From: Yuukianura sp. NJ FZ-2021
Taxonomy: Eukaryota
DNA: 64,000 nt
Direction of reading: 5' to 3'
NCBI GenBank assembly: GCA_046563655.1
Contig: CM102286.1
Coordinates: 11,036,001 to 11,100,000, forward strand
In this document: piece after piece, positions 10,497 through 21,900 of the stretch
How positions within the stretch are numbered: position 1 is the stretch's first letter
How the letters are laid out: each line of letters opens with the position of its first letter
The notes under the pieces: model-generated
The model's input: only the letters and a program-made list of their open reading frames with translations
Told to the model about the DNA's origin: nothing
Databases searched by the model: none
Program-made: the position numbers and the translations under genes

Positions 10497-13101
10497 TTAG
10501 TAAACAGAAACTCCAACATTGTTGCAAACTTCCTCTGATTCTATTGGCGGAAATTGGTAGACTTGTTTTGCAATTTCCTCATCTTCAATGAAGGTCATGC
10601 CCAGACCAGCTTCCAAATGCTGTTTGAATATAACAAACATTGGTTGAAATTTTTAAAAAACATTCATATTCAATCAAGTATACCCAATTAATGTGACAGT
10701 GGAAGAACCAGGCGCCAGGGTTGTCTGTAGTGTACGTAAATACTGCCCATGAATTCCCCAGGGTAAAAGTTGTATCTCTTCTCACTCCATCTGGAGTCAA
10801 CTTTGATTCGTCTCTGCTAGAAATGAAACCTCCTGCTTCGGCAGCTCCAGTTCCAAGCACCCAAAAAGAATGGCCTTCGAATTATGAAAAATTATTCTTG
10901 TACTTTTCAAACTTTGAAAAAAATCAATTGATTTTGAAAAAAATTGATTCTGTAGCAGTATCTTACCGTGGAGGTGCCAGGGATGCGGAAAGGGATGATA
11001 ATTGTTAATGACAACGCGAATCACCTAAAAATTAAAATTTAAATGCAGATAAAAGTGGCAGAAACTACCTACAGAAATTTACTTCTCGTTGCTTTGGGGT
11101 GCGGATGGGTCTTGCCGAGCTTGGAATTTGTTGGTTGTTGATTAGTTGAAAAAGAACTGGACTTTTGTTCACACTGGCCGGAACAAACGGTTGACCATTC
11201 ATGCACATGCGCGAAGGACTTCCAGCAATTGGACAGTCTGTTACATTTATGGTAATGAGTCGGTCATATTTCGTAGGCGCTTTCCCTTCAACTCCAAATT
11301 GCAATGGTGGGCATTGCATGTCGTCAAGCAAAGTAGCTGTAGACGCACTGACAGGAGTAGATGTTGGAAGTCGAGTCTTTTTGACCAACTGCGCATGCTC
11401 TTCATCAAGCTTCTTTTGTAAATTAGTATCAATTTTTGGCGGTTTTTTCGGAAAGAATTTGTCCAAATCCTCAATTGTGTCGGGAGTGATGCCACCAGCT
11501 TGGATGATATCGTCCCATGGAACGTCTTGGAAATCGGGTCGACCTTGAGCCACTCCTGAAGGAGGGTCATCACGCCCTGGACGTACTCCACCAGTTGTTA
11601 CCGCCGAAGATGACGATGCACTGACCGATGCCGATGCCGAAGCACTGGCTCGACGTTGACGGTTACCGCCACCTTTTCCTTTGGCGTTACCTTGGTTGTC
11701 ATGTTTAGGGTTAGCATAGTTGAGTATCATTTTTTATTGTTACTTTAGTGGTTACCTTTTGGTTTAGTTGTAGGTTTTGGTGTTGGTTTCGCAGGGTTTG
11801 GCTGGGGATTGTCGTTTGACGCAGTTGAATTGCTTGTGTTCGATGTGTACCGCAAAACAGCTCGTCCCAAGAGTCCAGCTGATCCTACCGGTATCCCAGA
11901 AATTCGAATCCAATATTCGTTGAGGGGTTGATCCATAGTAACCAGGATTGAGTACCTCTGTGCTGCTAGAATCGGAATGACATCTACCGCTGGACTTTTG
12001 AAAGTGTCAACTCCATCCGTTTCAATGACAACCATCTTGTGCCCATCTATGCTAAAGTTGTAGGTTCTTGCGGCAGAGGAATTCAAAATTCGAAACCGGT
12101 AACGTTTTCCGCGCGTGACTACAACTACAGCTGGACCTTGCATTGTACTGTTACAAGTTTGACCTTTCTCAACAGTTGAACAGTTGAACGTACCGCGACC
12201 GTTGATGAGTGACGAGTTTGTGTCAGGAAAAATTCCTTGCTTCAGGTACACTTCGCTGACGTCCTTAGCTGGACGATGAATCCAATCGTTGATGGAGATT
12301 AGTCGTTCATCGTCGTACGAATTTTGCCAACATTCCGATGGCGAATTTTTGACAATCAAGAAACCCCAAGCTCCGTCGACGTACTGGTAGGAATGATGAG
12401 AATGGTACCTGAAACAATGGTACACAAAGCGCTAGTTTTGTATTTCAGAATTGGAGTTTTGAAGTTGTTTTTACCAGTATGTCCCCGCTTGGAAAACTTG
12501 GAACTTGTAAATCATAGATGTTTGTTTTATAACAGGGCACTGCGTGATGGACTGTGGACCGTCATAGAATGGTGACAAGTTTTGTTGGATTCCGTGCCAG
12601 TGGATAGACGTTGGTTCATCTTTGTCTGGAATGTCATTCGTCACACGTACCAGCATGGTTTTACCTACTGTGCAGCGCAGGACAGGACCAGGAAATTGTC
12701 CATTGAACCCAATTATCCGTTTCTGGACCCCATCAGGTGAACCATTGATATATTGCATACGTAGATCATAAATGCAGAGGTCATCTGACTCTGAAATGCC
12801 ATAAAAACGTGCCACTGTATGAAAATTCGGTTTCTAATATTCGACGTTTTAACCTACCAAACCCGATAGTGTTGCCGCTAGCGTCTACCCCATTGACGAT
12901 ACCGACACTGCCAGCGGTGGTAACGTTTTTGCTTGGAGCAGATAGACTTGGTATCTTGACGTTGCTCAAGCTGTGGTTCAGTTTGGCCCAGCTTTTCCAA
13001 AATTGAGTGTTGCGTGCTTGCCCGGAAGTGGAAGACTGAAAAAACTTGGCAGTTGCCGACGAAAACAAGAGGAAAACCAGAACAGTTGAAGGGAACACCA
13101 T
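10497..13101 (-). CDS. Secreted three-domain multicopper oxidase (laccase-like)
   Basis: Signal peptide MVFPSTVLVFLLFSSATA. Copper motifs TSIHWHG, YW|YHSH, HPWHLHG and [15 protein letters not shown] across about 7 exons. Confidence 0.93.
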
Positions 13102-13449
13102 TGTTGAGGGGAAAAATCCAACTGATCGAATTTTTACAAGCTTTGACCAAAAAAATGAAGCTTTTAGTTGCAGCCTATTTAAAATTCAATTATTTGGAAC
13201 ATCAGAAGCTGTATATGGTTTTTGCTACATCCTTTTTGACGCTATCACGCTTAAGTACATTTCCCAACAGCATCATCATACTTAAGGCAAACTAATTACT
13301 GTATTACATGTCATAGGATCAGAATAACGAGATCATCAACCAGCCAAATTAGTCTTCAACGTGAAATGTATTTTTCATAATAGGAAAGTTATATTATAAT
13401 ATTCACAAATTCAAATATTATAAGGGGTTTGTTGAGAAGGGCACGATTA

Positions 13450-14097
13450 TTACGTTGAGGCATTTTCCTTCTCAATCCCTTCTGCGGAACATGTGAAGTA
13501 CGTCCGACTTTTATCAATTTGATTTTGACACGAATAGGCATCTCCAAATCGGGCTGAAAACATTGGAAATCGTTGATGGACTTCTTCTATTGCTTCACTG
13601 CAAATTTTGGAATTGTTGGTGTCTTTTGGCAATTTAGTACACCAGGGCGCGACTTGATCCTGCAGCTTTGCCGCCAAATTAAAAGATGGAGCCTGAGAAA
13701 TTAATTTGTTTCGTTTGGGTTAAATATGGCTGTTAAATAAATTAGAAAAAAAAAGATTTTCACAGTGATGTAGCCAATAAGGCAAGTTCCAGGGAAATTC
13801 GTGGCTGTGCAGAAAGCCTTGATGGATTCATTTTCCTTGTCTTCATCTCCGAGAATCTCATTGCATTCTTCAGGCATCTCGCATTTCTATCGGTTTCGAA
13901 TTAACCATTAAAAAAATATTGAAACATGAAATAACGATTATTCACGCTGGAAGGGTATATGTTATTCTGCACTTTGATTAATGTAACCAATGTACTGGAA
14001 AAATTTTATTGGAAATTACCGTATCAGCAGCAGTCACGGAAGAGGCGCAAATGTTGCCGAGAATAAAGCACGCCACATAATACAGAAAAATATCCAT
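13450..14097 (-). CDS. Small secreted 8-cysteine protein (~148 aa), unknown function
   Basis: Exon 1 MDIFLYYVACFILGNICASSVTAADT (signal), exon 2 KCEMPEEC...FC...TC, exon 3 ...WC...IC...SC...TC; phase-0 GT-AG introns. Confidence 0.7.
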
Positions 14098-14914
14098 GGT
14101 TTTGGATTTATTTTTTCAAAAGTTTGTTCAATACTGGGACAATTTTTTTCAAAGCGCATTTGAGACATGAGGAGAAATGTTACTCCACATCCAATAAGTT
14201 ATGACGGCATTGATTCGGTTAAAGAGGTCATAAGCATTTGAATTTTAAAGTTAACCTAAATATAATCTTGCAAATTTTCAGGTCGAGCTTTCAATTTAAA
14301 GAATCAAACACGTCAACAGGTTTTTTCTGATATTCAAAAAAGCGATATTTACTATGATATATTTTCTTTTACATTTACTTTAATTTTTGATAAAAAAAAT
14401 TACTTTTATAATTTTTATAATTATGAATACAATGATAATTTGTTTCACTGTTCCGCGAGTGCAGATGAATTCGCCAAAGTTGAATATGATTCGTAGAATT
14501 ACTTATTTGTCAAACCGTCGGTGTGTTTGGGCTAATCCGTTTGTGCGTGCTGCTGTGAAAATTGTCATAGCCTCCTTGTCTGTTGGTGCTTATTCAGTTT
14601 AGTGTTTAGGATTTCGATTCAGCGCAGGCTAATCCTTAGTTGAAAAAAAGTTGTTCGAAATTCAATATTTCCCAATTCAGAATACCGGCTAATTTTGCTG
14701 TAAAAATAAAATAAGTTACTAAAAATTAACAATTTCTGCCAATTATATTTTAGTACTTTGACAACGCCAAAAAGTATCAACCAACGCTTGAAAACAGAAC
14801 CTGCAATTTCTAGTTTATAATATAGTTGTACTCCTTTTGAGTTCACAGAGAGCGAAAGTTCACAAATTTCAAAATTAGTAGGAACTTTTTTTTGTCAAAA
14901 TTCAGAGACACATC

Positions 14915-16809
14915 ATGAAACGTAAAGGATGTTTCCAATGGCTAAGGAATGTTTGGGCACCCAAGCGAGTCATTGCTGCTGGATCCCTCTACGACATTTC
15001 TCTGGAAGAGAAAGATCGACATCAAACCCAGTTGGACAAATCTTTGGCGGGGTTGCAGATCATGAGAAACGACGTCTATGAGTCGCATGAAACTGTGATG
15101 GAAGTGTGTACAATGTTCAAGTACGCTCTCTGGGATGCTCTGCGTCACTTAAATTGGAATCAAAGTCAAATGTACAACGTTATGTGCACTGTGGTTGGAC
15201 GTTGCAGCAATACACACAATGTAAATGTAGTTGACCGTGCACAGTCATCTGAACGGATCCAACTGGCAGATACGCTAAGAACTTCCGTTGCCCTCATCCG
15301 TTCTGTTGAGACCTCGGACCCTACAGCAGGTCAGCGTATTGTGAGTGGGTATTTAATGCCAATCAAAGACGAGTTTCAAAAAATGGCCAAAATTATGGAC
15401 AAATTGTGCGACCTGTTCAAGTCCAACTTGGAATATGTGACACCAGTAATGCAGAGCCAAAGTTTAAAAGTTTCTCTGGTGGAGTCTGAAAATTTGGAGC
15501 GACGACCCAAAAATCACAGACTTTGCATGAGGAAGGGAAAAAGATTATATAAAAATTCATCAGAATCACTTTATGGTAATTAAAAAAATCCAATTCAACA
15601 ATTCGAAAAGTACACCCAGGATCTTCAAAGAATTTTTTTTTCAATTGTTTATCAGATCCCACTTACTCAACGGTAGTGAGCGAAAGATCAACTTCCGCTA
15701 TGGCCTGGACGTTATCTGCCGCCACTGATCCCGAGCCTGTTGCAGGTCGTTCAAAATTCTGCTCCAAAGCAATTTCGAGACTTGGTGGACTCTGTATTCG
15801 TTTTCGAAAAAACACAAGGAAAGATCCATCTTCTCAAGCCATCGTCGTCAAACCTGTTCTGAAAAATGTCAAACCGACGGAATCCCAACACCACCAAGCA
15901 GGAGCAATTGGCCTCCCACGTGAAGAAAGCGTAGTTACGAAATTGTCCAAAGAAGTTTTCGCAAACGAAAATGCCAATCCATTGCCTTCACATCAACTTG
16001 AATTCGTTCCTGTCTCCACAAACGCGCAGCAAGGCTATTTTGAAAGTAAAAACAAGCTTGCCTAATTTTTTGAATCAGAAGATTAGTAAAAGCTAAACGA
16101 TCTTTAAGATTTAATGTATGGTTTTCAGCTCCGAATGGGAATTTAAAATGTGACGAAGAGCAGAACCAACTAGTAAAAGTAAGCTTTACAGGTACGCCAA
16201 ACCACTTTTTAAATTTGATGAAAAACTTATGAAACTTTGTGAAATATTTAAATCAGGCAGTTTATTATTTAATTTAATTTAGACTTCGACCTCAAAGATA
16301 AGCCTACAACGCTAACCAGTGAAGACCTCAATCTTGCCAATACTGAAGAATCGTCAGGCTCAAGTTGTCTTAATCCCCTGAGCGACATTTTGGTTCCTCT
16401 AAGCCAAGTCACTAAAACGATTTTTTCCATCTCTAAAATTATTTCTGAAGTTGACGAAAAGCACTCTGCAGTACCCGTTCGCTTTATCAACTTGAAGGCT
16501 CAAAGGAATGCTACTCGGTCAATGACCTTTGATCACCTCTTGAAACACATACTGCAGAGTGTGCACAAGATTGACAAAGTTGCATATCCGAAGATCTACG
16601 ATGAAGAAGAGTCTGTTGTTCGTTCTGGTATTGAGCACCTCTTTCTGGAAATACTGAAATGTTCTGAACTCTTCATAAGTTTGTCAACCATGCTGCGAAC
16701 AGTTGAAGCCCCGCTTCGTGACCTTAACTTTTCCATGATGTCGAGTTCTCAAGTTTCCACTCAACATGTCATAGAAACTGCAACACAAATTTACGAATTC
16801 AACTCCTGA
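14915..16809 (+). CDS. Hypothetical protein (about 4 exons; two helical regions joined by a low-complexity linker)
   Basis: Long ORFs 14915-15583, 15676-16065 and 16390-16809 can be joined by short GT-AG introns. No recognisable motif. Confidence 0.55.
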
Positions 16810-17218
16810 TGCTGTAACGTTGTTGGCGACTACTCATACTCATGAATTCGTTGCTTTACAAAATTGTTTTAGAAGTTTTAGAAGTTATAACAAAATTCAT
16901 TGTTAGAAGTTCAGGTAAAAAAAAAGACGTCACGCTTTTATAAAATAAAACCGATCATCAAATAGCACGAAAATTCAATCTGTTGGATTTTTGTGTTGCT
17001 TCATGCATAAGGACAAAATTTCTCAAGAAAAGTTCATCCAAGTAATTAGTTAAACACCGAATTATAAATATATACTTCTGTATATATTTGTAGTAAATGC
17101 GAAATCAATAAATCAATTGAAACTTAATGAGACATAATACAGCAAAACTGGCCGAATTGGTTTAATGTAAGGAACCGTTTAATAATGCTTTTATTTAAAT
17201 TATTGGAATAGTAATTAC

Positions 17219-17461
17219 CAAGGTTCGTAAACAAAAAAAAACTTTTTCTACACCAGGTTGTCAAGTAACTCGAAGTTTTGAAATTTGTTGGAAAGTAAGA
17301 AATCTGCCTTTTCTATGGTAATTTTTTGTACGCAATGTAAACGGGATTGGTGTTAAAAGTTGTTTGAAGCAAGATTTATGAAAACTCAGGTTTTCATTAG
17401 CTATTGGACAACCTGTTGTAGGAAATACAAATTGTTGTATTTCGGTTGTCAAGGAACCTTG
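17219..17461. mobile_element. hAT-like MITE, family B (short copy)
   Basis: caaggttc...gaaccttg ends; flanks gtaattac / gtaattta. Both arms match 33040-33752 in opposite orientation. Confidence 0.75.
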
Positions 17462-17496
17462 GTAATTTATTGTTGAAATTCATCTTGTTGAACCGA

Positions 17497-17936
17497 TCAA
17501 GTACAAGTTCCCGTTGTGCTGCAAGTATTTCCTGGCAAGCAGTCCACCCGGCGCGGCCAATTCGGAATGGTGCCACATTTCGCGCCACGAGTCGCAAAGC
17601 ATTTCTTGCGTGTGGAGTCCCACCAAGTGTTGAGGTTCGACGGCAGGTCAGCACTCGACATCGTTAAAGCTTCTGGACAGCGACACCTTCCTTCGAAGCA
17701 TATAAGATTCGTTTGAGCTCCGTTACAGTGATCGTTTCCAATACAGAGACTTCCTAGATATTTAGAAAACACAAAAATTATTTCGTAAAAACGTCATGTC
17801 ATAGTTTTAAATCTAGGCGTACAAAGTTGCGAATTAAAATTTGTACTAATAAATTACCTCTCACAATTTGGCACGAACAAATTGTTACTGCGACACAGAC
17901 TATAAAAACTACTGGCAAAAGGAAATTTGCCTTCAT
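17497..17936 (-). CDS. Small secreted cysteine-rich peptide (EB-module/EGF-like spacing)
   Basis: Exon 1 MKANFLLPVVFIVCVAVTICSC (signal), phase-1 intron, exon 2 CIGNDHC...LICFEGRCRC...W...C....C...C.....C....C. Confidence 0.75.
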
Positions 17937-18195
17937 CCTTTACAACTCGATTGTGGATATCCGAAATATGTATAGTTGGCAAGAAGAAAATGTGAAGTAG
18001 TGATGAAGCAATTCCAGTCTTGTCTTCACTGAAGTTTTTGGGAAAATAAGGAACACTTTGGACTAATTGAATTTTTAAGGATTTTGACTTTCAAAAGACC
18101 TTGGAAAGTGGCACAACCACAAAAAATACTCCTGGAGTGGATTCGTACTTCATAATTTTTGGCTAGAGATAGATTTTTTGCGCTTTAGTGTTTAT

Positions 18196-18641
18196 CAAGG
18201 CAACTAAACAAAAAGACACACGCGCTTTCTAAGGTAGTCTCACGAGCCGTTTTTTAATTGTTTTTTGCGAAAGCTATAGTGGGGTGGTATCCAGGGAGAT
18301 TAATTTGTCCAAAAGTTGGTTGGGGTAACGATATGTGTTACTTGTAACCAGTGTGCGATATTTGGCACAAAATCAACTATTTGCCATTGAGTTGTAATGA
18401 ATTTTTAGTAATTATAAACGTAAAACTTGTATAATTTCATTTTCCAATCTTTAAACCGATCTAAACTACAGGTCTGATGATTGGTTACAACGGATGGTTA
18501 CAATGGATGAATTTACTTTGTTGTCCAACATAAGAAAAACGTTGTCACAGAAATGTAAAAAACAAACAATCCGCCCCACTATAGCTTTCGCAAAAAACAA
18601 TTAAAAAACGGCTCATTTTGTCATTTTGTTTAGTTGCCTTG
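18196..18641. mobile_element. hAT-like MITE with perfect 8-bp TSD
   Basis: TIR caaggcaactaaacaaaa / ttttgtttagttgccttg. Second ~45-bp internal inverted repeat. gtgtttat on both sides (18188-18195, 18642-18649). Confidence 0.9.
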
Positions 18642-18929
18642 GTGTTTATGAATAAAGCAGGGTCAAATTCAAAAAAAAAAAAAAAAAATAAATAAACACT
18701 TCCAGTTGGCACGGATCCACCTCATATTCCATTGATGCACTTGCATAAGTTAGTGATAATAAGTTTTTTATTGGAAGTTCAGTAAGTTTGCCACAGAGAA
18801 AAGAATTTAGAATATTGTTATTTTGCTATTTCCGAATTTCGTGTTATGATTAATAATAATTCTATTACGTAACTGCCGGAGGTTGACCTTTCTGACTCTG
18901 AAGTTACGTCATGCTCAACAAGATGCTTG

Positions 18930-21900
18930 TTAGTTATTGTCTTGACCATTCATTTCAGCGTTCATGAGGCTTTCTAAGTGAGCTGTAAGTTTTCGAACCG
19001 TCTGATTTTCCTGTATAGCGACAACAGTCACTTGACTGTTTTCAAAAATTTTTTGAAGACGATTGCGCATTTCAATGGTCATTAGAGAGTCTACTCCAAA
19101 CTCTGAAAAGAGTTTATCTGAATCCAATTGCTCGGCAGCATCAACCCGAAGCGTCTCCTTCAACATTGTGCAAACAAATTCTTCAATCTTTTTTCGTCTT
19201 TCCTGTGAATCAGTTATTTCTGTGAATTTTTTTCGACTGAATTTGTCTCCAGCACTTGCAGCCATAGTTGAATCCAAATTTTGAGAATTTATTTCATCCA
19301 AATAGTGTCCAAGGTTCACGACTCTTTTAACCGCAGTCCAGTCGAAGACTTCCACCACGGTACATCGAAGTTTATGTTCCTCCATGGCCATTTGGAGAGC
19401 AGCTAAGCCTTGGCTCGTAGAAAAGGTATTTACACCGTTCCGCGTTCTGTTGTAAAGTTCATGGTCAGATGCGCCTCCAACCTAAACCAAAAAATGTTTA
19501 CGCATTTGTCGCTTTTTTAGTATTTCATGCGAACAATACACTTTCCAATACAAACTCTATTAATACCTTTTCCCACGCGCCAAAATTGATGCTGCATGAT
19601 GGAAGACCCACTGAGTGTCGGTACTGCGCAAATGAATCAATGAATCCACATGCTGCTGCAAGGTTGCTATTTCCTAACCCGCCAAAGTTTGATGCTATAC
19701 TTGAAAACATAACGAAGAATTCAAGGTCACAACCAAGAGTCAACTTGTGCAAATTTACAGTCCCGTTAATCATTGGTTGGAAAACCATTTCAAACTTTTC
19801 CCACGACAAATTTTGAATTATTCCGGGTGCTAACACTCCTGCTGCGTGCATAATTCCGCGAATCGGCGGCAACTTTAAACTTTTCAAAGATTCGAAAAGT
19901 GCTTCTGCTTCTTTGTAAATTCCAACATTCTTTTGAACTGCCAAAGCTCGGCATCCATTTCCGTTCATACACTTCAAAGCTTCTTGGGCTTCAACTGAAG
20001 GTTTATCGCGTTCAACGAGCACAAGGTTGGTGGCGCCCAGTTTGATCATCCACTTGGCAACTTCCATACCGATCTCATCCAACCCGCCGGTGATAATGTA
20101 CGTACTCTGTGAATTGAAAAGACGCTTTACAAAATTGACGCGGCCTTCTGGTGAAATTTTAGTTTCCGGAATGGTGATCACAACTTTTCCAATGTGTTTT
20201 GCATCTTGAAAAAAAGAAAAAGCTTCTTGAATCTTGTCTATTGAAAATGTTTGGTGAGGAAGACTTGTGTAGGTGCAATTTTTGAATTCGGTTCCAATTT
20301 TTCTCATAAGACGGCAAACTTCCTCGTTAATCTGCAACATACCGTGGGACATGTCTACCAGAAAATATTTTACATCTGGACGTAGTGTCTTCACTTCGTC
20401 CTCGGTCCAAGTATGTACTTTTCCAATTTCAACAAATCGCCCACTTTGAGCACAAGCCCTGAGAGACGCTTTGAAACCTGAACCAATGAGTGAGTTAAGG
20501 ACAACGTTTACTCCAGCGCCTTTTGTGTCTTTCAGGATTTCATCCCCAAAATCAATACTTCTGGAGTGATAAACATGACTGATTCCAATTGATCTCAAGT
20601 ACGCTCGCTTTCGTTTAGTTCCTGCACTGGCATAAATCTCGGCTCCAATGCGCGTTGCAATTTGAATCGCCGCGAGACCAACACCTCCAGTTGCTGCATG
20701 AATCAGAACTCGCTCACCGGCATTTAGATTTACAAGCTCTTGAAGTACATAAAAACAAGTGAGAAATGCAACTGGAATTGTAGCTGCTGAGGAAAATGTC
20801 ATTTCCGCTGGTTTTTGTATTAAACATCGAGAGGAGACAGTAAGATGAGAAGCAAATCCATTCCCACGCCCAAATCCAAGTACAGCGTCACCGAGTTTAA
20901 ATTTGGTACAAGTGGGACCAACGGCTGAAACGATTCCCGCCACTTCAAACCCTGGTTCTTGGGCATAAGTGATCGAATCCTTGCATCTTTCTGGTTGAAA
21001 GATGAGAAACAAATCTCTGAAATTTAGTCCCGTTGCTCTTACGGCTACTTCAACTTCATCTTCCTCCGGATCCATTCTTGAAGCAGCAGAAATTTGCAAA
21101 TCACTCAAATTTTTGCTAACTGGCTTTGTTACTTGAAAGCAATTCGAATTTGGAAACGAAAGCGAATGTTTTGGACTTTCAGCAAGTACTAATCTCTGGT
21201 TGAACACTTTATCTTCTCTTAATGCTTTGAACATTTCGTTTTCTCTGGACCAAATCATCGCAAAAGTCTCGTCTACTTCCTTTTCAAAATCGAATCCATC
21301 CTGTTCAAGGTCAATGACTGTGAGTTTGAAATCTCTATGTTCGTTTGCGAAAGATCGAATGAAAGCTGCAGCCGTTGCAGAAGCTGGGTTTCCTGGTCCA
21401 GTGTCTCCAATGTAATAGACGCCACGCGTCACCAAAACTAATTTTGGTTTTGAAATTTCGTGTTCCTGAGCTATTGCCAGCTTCTTGCAAAGTTCAAAAA
21501 ATTCTCTGCATCGTTGTTGACTTGCGTCAGACAGTTCATTAGTCTCAGTCCATAGAAACACCACTCCTTCTAATACTTCACGTTCATCAAGCCCAGTATC
21601 GTAGGAAACGACTTTACGTCCATTTTGTGACAGCTTCAAAGTCAAGTTTGATTTCAGAAAAGAGCAATCTCCATGGACAATCCACGTTGATTTATGTGGA
21701 GCTGAGTGGACCATAGTCTCAAAGAAAGTTTTGTCGACGCGATCTCGCGTAATGCCGCTTGTTGGACGCCAAACTTCCTCCATAATTGTTGGTAATGATT
21801 CCGTTTCTTGACTTAATGCTCTCAAGAATTGAAACGCTGTCGTGTTAATGAATCTGACTCCTTCCATTATTGCCAAAATGTTTCCCCAGTCATTTGTCAA

